This document shows positions 25,541 to 38,447 of a DNA stretch of 64,000 bases, in pieces. The position numbers were made by a program, and so were the translations under genes. Source of the stretch: Sphagnum compactum (lineage: Eukaryota); NCBI GenBank assembly GCA_965153455.1, contig OZ234493.1:23922213-23986212 (forward strand), written 5' to 3'. The notes beneath the pieces are model-generated. The model saw nothing but the letters and a program-made list of their open reading frames with translations. It was not told where the DNA came from and ran no database searches. Positions within the stretch are counted from its first letter, which is position 1. Every line of letters begins with the position of its first letter.

Positions 25541-27485
25541 ATGATCTCAATTGCATGTTTCTCAACTGCATCTTCATCATCGGCATCATCAAGATCGGCA
25601 TCATTGTCGTCGTCGTCGTCTCTTCGTCTCAGTTCGCGTAGTTCTATCGTCTCAAGCAAGACGGCTCAAGCGGGATTTAGAACCAAGAATGCGTTTTTGT
25701 TGGCAAATCAGGTGCAAATCCATTGGAACTGCTGCTGGGAGAATTTTCACTGGGTGAGATTAGGAGTAGGAGGAGGAGCTTCCGTTAGGGTTAGTACTAT
25801 TAGGTCGTCATCAGCAGCAGCAGCATCTGCTGATGGCTCTTCTGCTGACAAGAATGAGCTTCTCAAGGATGCAGCCAAGGGAGGGGATGTTCAGCTGGTG
25901 AAGCGCCTTGTGGCACTGGAGGAGGTCAAGATCGATTTGCCAAGTGAGCAAAGAGCTGGTTGGACGGCCTTGCATCTGGCATCCTTTTATGAACAGCCTG
26001 AGGTATGGACAACGGACTAAAGACTGTCAGTGCATCAAGAGCATCAACAGCTGATAGCACCATGCACAGGCTTATCTTAGGCCATCTTTGCAATTCCACC
26101 TTCAAGGCTGGCCAGTAGATGTGCATTTTGCAATATTCATGCCTCAAAAATCATATAAACACGAATAAGGTTATGCTATGCTGGGGTTCCTTGGATCAAA
26201 CATCCAAAACAGTAGAATGTAGGGACATCTGATGTGCATTTTGCAATATCCATGCTTGAAAGTCATAAACACAAATGAGGTTATAGCTATGCTGGGGTTC
26301 CTTTGATCAAACAAGCATCCAAAGCAGCGGAATGTAGGGGTTTCTGATGTGCATTTTGTAATCTCTATGCTTGAAAGTCATAAACATGAACAAGGTTATA
26401 GCTATGCTGGGGTTCCCTTTGATCAAACAAGCATTCAAAACAGCAGAACGTAGGGACTTCTGAGTGTTAGAGGAAGAAGAATTTCAGAATTTCATGTCAT
26501 GTTCATGAAGAGATCTCCACCTCAGTAACCCTCAGGATTATGAAGGACTTGCTTCTCCTTGCATCCAGAGATGATGTCATAATTCTTCTTCTTGAGTATG
26601 AGCAAACTCATTTGTTCTGCTGTGTGTTTGTTTTTGAGTTGAATAGGTTGTTGAGACACTTTTAAAAGCAGGTGCTCAAACAGAAACACGCAACAAGAGT
26701 GGCAACACTGCACTTCAGGTACATTCATTGGTGACCATCACCACCGCTCTCTCTAAAAATGGCCATCATGAGAGTGAAAGTCAATCAATTCAAGAGAGCA
26801 AAAAGCTTCCAATTCTGAGAAGGTTGTTTTATTGAAGTGCTTAAAAGCTTTAAAAGGGGATAAGATGTTGTGTTGGCTCAGAGAGTTGTGACTGGTTTTG
26901 GTTGTTCCTTGGTATTTGAGGAACCTATTCGGTTATCCTTTGTTTTGGAACTGGACTGGAACCATTCATCTTGACTGAGTTGCAATGGAGCACATAATGT
27001 TTTGCATTCTATGTGTGAAGCTGGCATCACTGAAGGGAAATATCAACATTGCACGGATGCTTTTGGAGTCTGGAGCAGACATACATGCTGAGAGTAATGA
27101 TAAAGGGACTGCTCTTGACTATGCTGCTGGTACGTTTGACATCAGACTTGATGTTGGATTTGTGGTTTTTGGATCTGGCTAGTTGTATGCAATACAGTCA
27201 GTCCAACTGCAGTGGGGTGTCACTAGGTCAATCTAACTAGAGGAACTAAGGATTTTGCATCTGTAACAGAAAGATTTGGGCTTTGCTTGTTTAGAAAGTG
27301 TCACCCTCATGTGACAATGACGCAAGTAAACCTAAGGTCTTTTCTTTCATGCTATTCATGTGCATTTGCTAAGCCCATATTCCATGGATAAAGTGATTGA
27401 TGTTATTGGGTGATTGGCAGAGTGGGGAAGCGAAGAGATGGTGGATTTTCTGAGCTTGTGGGCTGCTAAAGCAGTCCCCAGATAA
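25541..27485 (+). CDS. Ankyrin-repeat protein with Ser-rich transit-peptide-like N-terminus; exons 25541 (or 25415)-26002, 26647-26718, 27021-27129, 27421-27485; ~235 aa
   Basis: Ankyrin repeats LLKDAAKGGDVQLVKRLV, GWTALHLASFYEQPE|VVETLLKAGA, GNTALQ|LASLKGNINIARMLLESGA and GTALDYAAE|WGSEEMVDFL. Introns are GT-AG with phases 0, 0, 1. ATG 25541 sits in a GCCATG context followed by an S/R/A-rich, acid-poor stretch. Confidence 0.9.
26118..26463. repeat. Intronic tandem repeat, ~114 bp x 3
   Basis: GATGTGCATTTTG..AT..ATGC...AGGTTAT(A)GCTATGCTGGGGTTCCTT.GATCAAACA...GAA.GTAGGG starts at 26118, 26231 and 26346 within ankyrin intron 1. Confidence 0.92.
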
Positions 27486-30400
27486 TCCAGCCCTCCCAAC
27501 CAGTCTTACACAAACATTGAAAGTTCAATTTGATGAAAACTTTTGGTTTCAAGTGCATTAAGTGGGCTAGAATAGTTCAAACAAACTTGTTTTAGTGGCT
27601 ACAACCTTTTTTGTTTGACATTGGATCCTGTCAACCTGTTGACACTCAGTTTTTTGTGCAGAAAAGTACAAAGAAAAAATAATCTGGTTGAATTAGCATT
27701 TTGCAAACATTTGAAAGCACATGGGGACAAGAGGAATCTTCTCTGGACTTTGCCAGTTGCAGTCTAACATAGGATGTGGAATCCAATATGCACTTATGGT
27801 GAGCAATGTTGTCTTTATCTTCCAGCTTCTTGCAAATCATCAAATCCAAGGAAGTTTATATGTTCAGCAATTGGGTTGGGTTCAGGCTCCCCTTCATTAG
27901 CAAGATCATCTTATAGTTGGGTTTGTCTATCTTCTGCTTCCTCTTCTTTTTTTTCCCGAAATATGATTGCAAGCATGTAAGCATGGGCTAGTGATAATTG
28001 GACCCACAAAAACCATTATCTTAGTTTCAGGCTAGCCACAGTTCCCAGCAGCTAAGCTAATTGGCTGGATACTTTGTGCTGTCTACCATGAAAACAGTGG
28101 CCTGGGTTCATTATTTGATCTGACGAGCATGGTGAGGAACTGATGATTCTCCAGTTTTTGGCAGCTTTTTCTCTAGGGACAGGATTGTACTGAAATCATC
28201 AAATTTAAGAGCTTTTTCAGCCTATCTGCAGCAGCCATGTTGCAAATGTTTCACAGCTCTTGTACAGTGGACATGCTGGTACAGTACTCAGGGGGATAGA
28301 GCGAATCAGCAACTGATAGCTGCCACAGATGTGGCTGCTGTCATCAAAGAGTAAAGAACAACCTTTGTAGCTCAGCTTCCATCATGAGGTACTGAGTACT
28401 GAGTCCACAGTGCACACATGAAATGGAAGGATATATGGCTCTAGACTGGTAGTTTTGCTTCTCTTTCCTAGGGGGCCTTTGTCCATACTTGTGTTGTTGT
28501 TGTTGTTGTTTTGTTTTTTGGGGAGCACAACTGACCTAACCTGACAAGCCCTTGCCACCTCCAAGTCAAGCTCACTGGAGAGGGCCAGCAAGAGTTTCAC
28601 CTGCTCACCACTGGGTTTGAGAACCCAGGACCTTTTGTGATCTCAGGGTCTCAGAAGGGGCTATACCAACGAGCCAACACCCTTGAGGATAGTTACAAAT
28701 CAATGTTTGTAGAAGTAGAAAAATGAGAAGTGATATTAGAATCCAAATTAAGGAGAAGTCACCCAAATTTTCTCTATTTGTTGAAGTGCTCAGAGATAGG
28801 GTAACCTGCCCTATGACCGAACACCAGCTATGACCGAACACTTTATTAATATCTTCCTGATCTCTTCTGGGACGTTTTACTACTCTCATTAGTAATAATT
28901 TCCATTTGCCACTTGATTTTGCCAGTTTTTAAATCCACATTTAAGAACATAGGTAATTATGGCTATTACCAAGTGGCTTGAGGTCAAAATCCCCATACAT
29001 TGTTCCTTTGCTTTGGGAGCTCAAACAATATTTGTAGCCCTCCACCTAGCCCTTCCAATGTTGCAAAAAAAACCCTAAAATTTTCAATAGTTGTGAGAGG
29101 CATCGCCATCTCCCTTGTGGTGGTGTAATTAGGTCGTTAAGCTTATTTAGGCATATGGGTCAATTATTAGTGGGAAATGGGTTATGGTTACTTGTATTTG
29201 GGGGTAAAACCCCAAGTGCAAGTTTTAAAGTTTCATTCTTTGTTTTCGAGATTTCAAACCATTGTGTGAAGTAAATGTGTGTGTGTGTTTTTTTTATTGA
29301 GCTTTGCAAGTTTCTTTATGTTTTTGTGCTTTGGTTCTTCTAAGTTGCAAGTGAGTTATTTTTGAAAACCAAGAACTATGTGTGTGTGGGGGTTCAATAT
29401 ACAGATTGTTATTATGCGTATATGATTGTAGATGATGGATGTAGGCACTTTGATATGGTAGCACATGACACCCCACTGGTTGTTTGTGTCTCAAATCAAC
29501 CAATTGTTCCATGTTAATCTCTAATACATCAAAGTTGGCCCATATTTTCCAATAAGACTTTCTTTGTTCAAGTTGAGTTCTCACATGAGCACTCACTAAT
29601 TTAATTGTTTTTGAAAGCTTTTGGTGATTATTTAGATTTATTTAAATCTCCCTATTAAATTTCCAATGGTTAAATCACTTTGTTTTGATATTATAATCCT
29701 TATAATAGTTAGATTTATAGATTGATTTCTTTTACAATTCAAATGAAACCTATATTCGCTTCATGACCTTACAATAGTTAGAATTTTTTTAATTTGTTTT
29801 ATAGTTTAGAGCAAGCCATAACAACTTGTATCAACATCTAAATTGATATTTAAAAAGTAATAATTCTAGAATCTTCAATAAAAAAAATTCCAAATTGCAA
29901 GTAAAAAACATACAATATTATTATGCTAAATTATTGATATCTTTACAAATTTTACATAGATCTCAAATCTCTTTCCTTTCTAAACTTGATTCATTGAATT
30001 ATATTCATGAATTCAATGAGTTCAAACCATGGATGGTTGCCAAATGGCAATGAATGATTTGCTAAAACTCAAGAAATTATAGTAAAATATAAAAAAAGAA
30101 TAAAAAGCTAATCAAATTTAGAAAAAAATTACAAAAAACAATGATACAAGAGACTGTAAAAGAGATGATAATTTTCTTCAATCCAATTTCCTTGTAGAAG
30201 TTCATGTTCTACTAGTAATTACAACTAATATTTAATAACTAGTCAATAACTAGCCAATAACCAGTCAATAGTTAATTCAAATAATACTTAATTATCTAAT
30301 AAACAAATACATTGTTTTGGTTAACGAGGCCCAATGATGCTTGTGTTGGATGCGTTGGAGGCTTGCAACCTTAATTAAACCTTCTGTTATTACAAACATG

Positions 30401-30749
30401 CTTGTTGAATGTACATTGAAAATAGAACAAAATATGAAATAATAAACTTGTGATTTGCTTCAAAATATGTTCGTTACTATCCCTATTTCTTGGATAGTTT
30501 TTGTCTAGTGAATAGGAAAACTAGATGTCATGTCAATTGAAATAACATCTACATTTAAAAATTACAACTCTCAATCCAAACAACACTTGAAAGCATATCC
30601 TCTTTAAAAGAAAAAAACAGTAAACTTGATAACCACTCTATTGGGCAAAGCAATAATGATCCTTATTAATTTGTTTTGACATTTTTCAAAATTTCTTTAG
30701 ACCCTTTCTTGAAGGTCTTACCACATTTGTAAAATATACAAAGTGGTAA

Positions 30750-30910
30750 GGTTTAGGGTTACCAAGGTGGAACCTTGATAACTCAGGTGTGGTTAGTCCA
30801 CACCTAAGGGGTTTTCAACTGGAAGGCACACTGGGGGGTGTTGGGTCACATAAATCCCATGGTGCACTGGTGGGTGCTGCTGGTTCATTCTGGCCCACCA
30901 AGGGGGTAGG
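30750..30910 (+). repeat. Dispersed repeat with an inverted copy at ~49660-49775
   Basis: GGGTTACCAAGGTGGAACC...GGTGCACTGGTGGGTGCT(GCT)GGTTCA is the reverse complement of TGAACCAGCACCCACTAGTGCACC...GGTTTCACCTTGGTAACCC. Confidence 0.7.
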
Positions 30911-32229
30911 TATTATAGGATACCCATGGTCCCACATAGCAACCTGGCTGTGCTGTCTGGAGTTTGAAAAAACCCTAAAAATAGACAAGGTTAAATAGCC
31001 TAGGAGAGTTTAGGGTATGGACCCACTAAGTGGAAAATTGGGGCCACTGTAACTCATTAGTTGACATCCAAGTTTGGATGAACTCTGTCAGCTCCATCAA
31101 AACAATTGTGTCCTCATGCTAGTTCTGAAGGAATTTCCAGACTAGCTAGTCTTTGATCTGGGCATTCATAAAATAAACTCAAATCTTTTTATATGTGGGT
31201 TCCATTTCAAAGTCCACAAAATATTTTTTGTATAGTTGTTCACATTTGATGTTCATAATGGACTTTCTGGATGAAGGTTCTTCTTAACAGGTGGGTATTT
31301 GATCTGTGGCCAAAAGAGTATTCTCACACCCACACTACTTGACCCTTGGCCATGGATTCACTTAGGCATGTGATCTAGGGGTTTTAAAGAAGTTGTTATG
31401 GCCCGTGGTCAAGTAGGGTAGAATCCCCATCACCAAGCATATACCTATTATCAAATATTTTTCAATATTTTTGTCATTCCTTAAAGAGTGATTTTGTGTC
31501 ATTGGATGTGTAAGCTAGAGGGTTACAAATGTTTTTGGAGTGTTAGAAGTAAAGGAGCAACCCATAAAACATAGGGAGAGGATGAGTGATAGTTTGTTTC
31601 AATTTTTTTGTTTCAAATAGCTCTAGACCCCTCTTTAGTTTTAGCTCCATGTCTTCTTTATTTTTAGTTCATTTTGAGCAATTTAAATGATGATGGGTGT
31701 GCCAACTAATGTTTAACGAAACTTCTTTGTAGTCCAAAAGCAAAGATGCAACGATCAAAAAATTTAAGCTCAAAATCTTAATTTGTTTTGATTCACCCGT
31801 CATTGAACAATAAACCCCCTTACATTGAGCACCCCATATCTTTTTCATACCTTAATCAAATTGAGCAATTTTTGTAGCATCGGAAGCGTTAGGTGGAGGG
31901 TTACAAATGTTCTTGAGCTTTAGTGTTAAAGGAACAATGTGTGAGGATTCAACCTACTTTGATGTTTTAACTGGTCGTTCATTGGCCTATCTATCTTAGT
32001 GGTCGAATTTTCAATGGTACCAGACTTTTGATCATGAGAGCATTGCAGACCATCATGGATTGGTGGTGGTGACCAATGGTAATGGTATTGTAGTTTAATC
32101 TTTGGGTGTGTGAGGGAATATTTTTGAATTGTGCATTCCCTTGCACCATTATCCTCTACCCCCACATTTTAAAATATCATTTCAATTCTCATGGTTCTGT
32201 ATTTTGATTTATATGTTTTTTCCCTTTCT

Positions 32230-32780
32230 TCTTAAGAGACTACAGATTAGACCAAAATCTTGAGCTTTCATTTGAATCTTTCAAGTAAGCATTTTGATGC
32301 ACACACCACTTGTTTATAATTAACCCTTTCAAGATGGTGTTTGAACACCTTTGAAATTGTTTTAACTTGGAAAACTTTGTAAGTGCATTCCTTTAGTTGC
32401 TTCAATTGTGTTTTCATGTTGCACATGATAAAATCCCTTGTCACATTACACATATCCTTGCAATGGCGCATCATTTAGCCATGACAAGCTTTCAAGTGGT
32501 GTCTATCATGTTGCCATAGTCAAGATGTTGTGTTGACTTGCCAATTGTGCCTTATGCTTCCAATTTTGGGACACCTTTGTAACATATTTCTCCTTGCACC
32601 AATTCAAAGTATTCACCAAAGGCAAGTGGGAACTTATGGTGCATGGCATCTAGTTCATTTTAGACCTTCACATAGATTAAGTTGTCCTCCAATTCAACAT
32701 GGTGAATGCTTTCAACTTAGTGTCAAGATTCAAAAGGAATCATGTTTGAAGAAGTGCAAGTGGGGACATTGTTAAATTCA
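32230..32780 (-). mobile_element. Possible Mutator-like transposase relic (C-terminal catalytic region)
   Basis: A frameshifted PLE/ACHG*MMRH resembles the IES(Y/F)H..(L/M)K motif of MULE transposases. Heavily decayed. Confidence 0.3.
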
Positions 32781-32849
32781 TTCCTTTCGTTTGCACATTT
32801 TATGTATTTGAATTTCCTTTATTTTACAACCATTGAAATTACAAAGTTG

Positions 32850-34890
32850 ATGTCATTATGCTATGATCCCATCAACCATGGGAATTTGTCAAGGTAGCCC
32901 CTTGTGAATTGTATTGTTTGTTTTAACATCTTTAAGGTTTCACAATATATAGCCAATCAATTTCCTTCATGTTTGTTCCCAACCATTGTAGATGAAACCT
33001 GTATATCACAGGTCGTATTATAATAATTCCATCTGCATATGAATATTTATAAACCTAGCTTCGTGTGATAGGCCTTTTTGTTCAACCCTAGAAATGTGTT
33101 GCTTGGTCCCCCTTTAGCTTGTCATTTAATTTTGCCACCTTAACAATATTAATTTATAGCCCATCATATGATATTAGAGTCTTGGGAAATTTGACAAGTT
33201 CACCATCATTCACATCATCCTTTGTCATAGATGCCTTGTTGGAAGATGCCCAACACACCAACTTGCTCCCTAGGTTGTGGATGTCTGGTCTTTGGAATCT
33301 TAACCCATTATTTTGTGCAATGGCCTTTGCACGTACTTTGTTTCTTACCCCTTTTTTCCACCTTCATAGACCCCTTGCCTCATTTGATTCTTCTTTCTTT
33401 CAAATGTTTAGGTGTCTTTTAGGTTTAAAGTCTTTTGATGACCTAAATGAACCTTTAACCCATAAGCAAGCCTCCCTTATATTAATTTATAAAAGAATTG
33501 GACTAGTCATTTCTATAGTACCATAGCCTTAGAAGTCTATTTAGGTAATCAAGTCCTTGTGGCATATATTGTAATTACCAATTTTGGATAGACCAATGTC
33601 CATCCTTCCCAGAAACTTTAGTTTGAGTTAACATTGGTGCCTTTCCATTTCATCAACACTAAATAAAATAGTCTATGACCTATTATCGGCCTTAACACGT
33701 GTGTGTTTTTTTCCTTATGAACAATTCATTGGACAACAAGTGGTTCGATTTTAGGATTCCATATTGGAGCATTTGCAACATCATACCTTCTTTAACATGC
33801 TCTTTGCCCAGTTGCCCGATATTCATTAGAATCACATTTTATTTTGTTTTAGTCATGGGTCTGGTGCTTAATGTACAATTAGACCAATCTTTTCAAGAAT
33901 TTGACTATATTTTCCATGGCACTTTGAACATGACTAGGGTTTTTACACCTTCTTTAATTGTAGGCATTCCCTAATGTGTGTGCATGTAATTAATAGACCC
34001 AATGGGTGTTCATTTTTTGCAATGTGCCCATGGTAACGAGCTCAACCCGATGCATGATGTAGTTTGGGACACCTTTGTTTGCATTGCTGGGTGAAAATCC
34101 TTTGAGGTGTACCATTAAGGACGAAAAAGGCCTAGTCCTTATTAGAGTCGTTTTTCCCCTATATTTTGATCCCCATAAAAAGTAATGAATCAAAAAATGT
34201 CAAATATTTCATAAGAACCATATTTTAGACCATTATGATTCTAAATTCTATTATAATCATCCATAAATGTGTTCTTACATGATAAAAAAGGATTAGGTAA
34301 AAAATATAAAAAATGGTGACGTTATGTCACGATTTTTGTACACCTTAAAGGATTTGGACCTTGTTCAATAAACAAATTTTCATATTGTACAAGAACAATT
34401 GTACACTCTTCCTTCAATAATGTTCAACTATTATAGTTGATGAATTGACATCATGTTCACCAAAAACAGGTTGTTGTCCTTGGCCAATGTTGTCATAATC
34501 AACCCAACATGAACAATATTTTTTTGATAATGTTCAATTCAAGGATTTGTAACATCAAATGTGAAATTCAAACAAAGTAAAGGTGTCATTGCAATCGACA
34601 CCTCATTGATCAATTCTTCTTTTTGGTGATTGAAATTTTTGGCTATTTACACAAACAAGTAAATGTTTTCTTACATGATCGTGTTAATGTTGCTTGGAGC
34701 CTCAAAGTGTTAGAAGGCCTTCCCCTTTCTATCCTTGATACTTACTTTTCCAAAGAATATCCATAATGTTACAAATATGCAAGCATCCTTCATTTTAAGT
34801 AGAATGATAGCAATAGGCTTACCTATTTTTCAACTTCCCCCACTTCAAGACTCACCCTTTATCCCCATTGTCAATTTGTTGTAGGTAGTT
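32850..34890 (+). mobile_element. Decayed CRE-like non-LTR retrotransposon (RT to endonuclease), interrupted by a MITE
   Basis: PTIVDET (ADDT-like RT motif, ~32978), IRVLGN..SS.SFTSSF..D, HKQASL..Y.RIGL, AYLG-like, zinc knuckle CVHVINRPNG, and a C-terminal IFGYLHKQVNVFLHD, all collinear with 560-2080. Confidence 0.75.
34090..34360. mobile_element. MITE with terminal inverted repeats, nested in the CRE relic
   Basis: AAATCCTTTGAGGTGTAC (34095-34112) and GTACACCTTAAAGGATTT (34338-34355) are inverted with 1 mismatch, extendable to GGT...ACC ends. The interior is AT-rich and CRE homology resumes on the right. Confidence 0.75.
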
Positions 34891-35743
34891 GAGAAATAAA
34901 TTAAGGGCCTTTCTATCCTTGATTTTCAAATTGAGCCATTAATCAACTTGCCTAAAATTAATTCTATTTTTTAAAATAATAATCTTTGCATCTTCCCTAG
35001 GTTTGGGGTATGTATATAAATCAAGTAATCACATACAAGGTTACAACAACAACAATTTTACTATTCCATACAAAGATGTTGCCTTGCAATTGATAAATCT
35101 TGTAGCATCTTAATTATGAGGTAACTAAATTAAGGTAGAAATGAACATGGACCTAACGTCTTGCTCAGGAGGGGATCATTAAGGGGGAGGTGATTGTGGG
35201 TTGGTAATCACAAGATGTAGAGTAGAACAACAAATTGTTAAGTTACATAGGATTGACTATTTTTATTGTCATTCCAATACTATTCATGAATTGAAACAAA
35301 GTAGAATTAGGAAATGATGTTACATTGGTTACCTCAAGCTACAATCACACTTAATGCTAAGTTGATGGTAATGTTGAATTGATGTTAAAGGAGGCAAGTT
35401 TTTCTTTTTTGTTGCATTCACATCAAAAATAAAAAATGTTAGGTAATATCAAATTTTAGATGTAGTCCTAAGTAGCACTCAATGTAAAGTGGGTGCTAAT
35501 TTAATGTTAACTCTTTAAGAAAACATATAGATTCTTGTAGAGAAACACAATGTTAGATAACATTTTAGAAAGGGCTGCTTTAAGTCAATATTAAATCAAC
35601 AAATTGTTTTTCCATGCTTCTTCTATGCACCCCACCCACTTACTTACCTACATACCTACTTATCTACTCATCTATCTACATATTTAGTCATACCTACCGA
35701 ACTATTCAACTATTCACCTTCCCACCCATGGACCCACCTACTA

Positions 35744-36352
35744 TCTTATATATAAATTCACTAAGTCTGTCTGTGACGGAGGTTTTGGGGGGTGGGGGGA
35801 GGGAGGGGCCGGTGAAGCAGCGGGTGACAGGGGGGGGGGTGGGTGGAAGGAGGGGGGGGGGGGAGAGGAAGGGGATTTTTTTGGCCAGTTGTGTTTGGTG
35901 TGGAGAGTGAACTATCCACTGTTCAATTTCCACTTGGACAGTAGATAGTCACCCTTTCCATGCATGCTTTGTCAAATGTTGTCCTCCTTTCACCCCATTT
36001 AAGCCGGATGACGGGATGGATGAAATGTTCATCCGGTAATAGACGGATGACGGGATGCATAAAATGTTCGTCCGGCTTAATTAGACGGATGACGAGATGG
36101 ATGAAATGTTCGATCGATAATAGACGGATGATGAGATGCATGAAATGTCCGTCCGACTTAAATGGATGAAATCTCTGGAATCCATCCAGCACCGGGGGGG
36201 AGGGGGGGGGTCAACGGGTTAAAGAATCGGAGTGGAAAATGCGAACGACGAGGGGGGGGGGGGGTTGACGAGGTAAAGAACCGGAGTGGGCAATGGGAAG
36301 GACCAGGCGAGGGGGAGCTCAACGGGTGCATTATGCACCGAGTACACACTAG
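35744..36352 (+). mobile_element. Non-autonomous Helitron, 609 bp
   Basis: 5' end A|TCTTATATATAAA at 35744; 3' end CTAG|T at 36349-36352, preceded by hairpin GGTGCA-TTA-TGCACC about 10 nt upstream. Inserted between A and T with no TSD; internal ~40 bp minisatellite. Confidence 0.88.
36003..36170. repeat. Helitron-internal minisatellite, 39-42 bp x 4
   Basis: CGGATGA(C/T)G(G/A)GATG(G/C)AT(G/A)AAATGT(T/C)C occurs four times. Confidence 0.9.
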
Positions 36353-37619
36353 TCTAAATAGGGCTTCTTGAACTTGATAACTTTTTACATGGATACCTAT
36401 TGAGAACTCCTATCACAAGTGTGAATATTATAAAAGAAATGTTAATGCTAACTTTAGACGTAACTATTAATGGTAAGTTGATATGGCATGTATGGATAGT
36501 CTCCTATAAAATTAGTTATCATCATAGTTAATGATTTAAATGTGTGATGTGTCAATTCTAAAATGTTAGCTTGGTGTTAGTAGATTTACCACTAAAGTCC
36601 CTAACACTAGCTTAAATTGTAATGACACTAAGTAATGACAATTTAATGATGCTGCAGAGAAGACAGGCAGGAAAGACTTGCATACTAGCTTGTGATCTAA
36701 GTTTAGTTCCATGACAACCTTCCCCTTGTGCTTTTATGATGGGTAAAGCTTGGGGGGTGGGGGACATTACCAAAATGTTGTGTTGTGCTGTGTTGTACTA
36801 GGTCCCTTATTTTGGGAATGCCTTGCACCCTTGGGCTTTAGCCTACACATAAACCCCAACACCATGGATGGCTGTGACTTGGCCACCAATATGACCCACA
36901 ACTTCAACATGATGCTTTCACATCTTCTACATATTCATAAGACAGGGTTCTTGTTTGTAAAGAAAGCAGGTCATGAAATTTAGGTCCTGAATGCTTTAGG
37001 CTCAGTCTCCTAGACAAACGGAACCTGACTGACATTTGCACATCTCTTGTGAACACCACCCATTTGCTGAAAGTGGCAGGTTATATGCATTATTAGCAGA
37101 TTGGGTCCAAGGGGAGGAGAAAGAGACAAGACTCTAGAGTCCTGGAGGGAGGAGGCACAGTAGGTAGCCTTTTAGAGGGGGGAATTCATGCAACAACTGT
37201 AGTGAACTGTAAGAAGCACTGTGACACACACTTTGAAACAAGTATGGTTTTTGGTTCAGATGTCATGTAATTAAAAGTGTATAAGGACAAAACTCACACA
37301 CTAAGCATTTCTACTCATGTACACAAGCAGCACATGGCATAACATGCTTCTCGCCTTTACTGCAGGCTGAGATAGAGAGAGTAGTCAATGAGAGGTTCTT
37401 CACCTTGGGATGATTGCCCTCTTGCCAAGGGTGGGCTCCATGCAAGTTACCAAAATAAGACTTGATGGACCTAATGGGTTGTCATGATCAATTGAGAACA
37501 GAATATGGGGCATTGAGGATTGTGGGTTGTGAATCACATCAGGTTCCGAATAGACTTATCTGGAAAGTAACCCTCTCTTCACCCTCTCTTTGGGCGTCCT
37601 TTCATCCCCTATTCCCTCT

Positions 37620-37822
37620 AAGTAAAGACATTTTATTTAAATCTCAGTATGAAATGCTGAAACTCAGCATTTAATGCACGAGGTTCGTTCGAGACTAATT
37701 ATAGTGGTTGTCCAGTTAGGAGCAATGAAAATATATGTAGCAGCAGTGGAGGCGGCTCAGGAAAAAGGAAAGACAGGATGAAACTCAGTTTTACCACCAA
37801 AATTGATGGTTTACCTGAGTTT
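37620..37822 (+). repeat. Direct repeat copy A, upstream of the PME gene
   Basis: TTTAAATCTCAGTATGA.ATGCTGA...TCAGCATTTAATGCAC.AGGTTCG...GAAAATATATGTAG.AGCAGTGGAGGCG...GGAAAAAGGAAAGACA.GATGAAA...AAATTGATGGTTT matches 44501-44696. Confidence 0.9.
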
Positions 37823-38447
37823 AGAGGAAAGTAGAGGCATGTTTCCATGTCCAGCTGCCACTGGCAAATTGGTTTGAAGTTGAACCCAAAGTAGTATATC
37901 ACAAATAGTTACGAATGAGTACAAAGTGTCTTTCTTATGGCCAGAACAAACCAACAAAGAGACTAAGTAATAACAAATCAAGCATCATGCAGATCATGTG
38001 GCAACTAGAGTGAGAGGCACTTTACACATACAAGAATCCCCTTTCACCTACTAGCTTGTAGGTTACCCCTTACAACTACTAGTAGTAAAGGGCCTCCATT
38101 ATCCACCAATATAAAGTGCCCTCCAAATTCATTTATACAATTTCTCTGAGTGATCTCTATGTAGGGTGTACATTGCACTAAGTAAAGGTTATCATGAATC
38201 TAAACATAAGTAGATCACAAGGCATACGAGGGGTGAGTTCTTACACCAACTTGTTAGGAGTGGGAGAGGTCTTAGAATGAACCATTTTCATTCCTGGAAA
38301 TTAATTTGATTAAAGTTAACTTAACAAGGCTTGATATTAACTCTAAAGTTAAGCCCACTTCGACTTGAATAGTTTGGGAATTACATGAGGTTCAATATAC
38401 TTGGGTCAATGGCAGGTAACAAGTAACAATGGAAGGAGGAGGGTGGT

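Noticed and set aside
25243..25659. Antisense ORF with poly-Asp
   Set aside because: It is the mirror of the Ser-rich TCA/TCG repeats in ankyrin exon 1.
35614..36371. Cluster of short ORFs with peptide repeats
   Set aside because: By-products of the Helitron minisatellite and G-runs.
37660..37700. B-box-like GTTCGAGAC suggesting a tRNA or tRNA-derived SINE
   Set aside because: No convincing A-box or cloverleaf, and the motif is not intact in the second copy.
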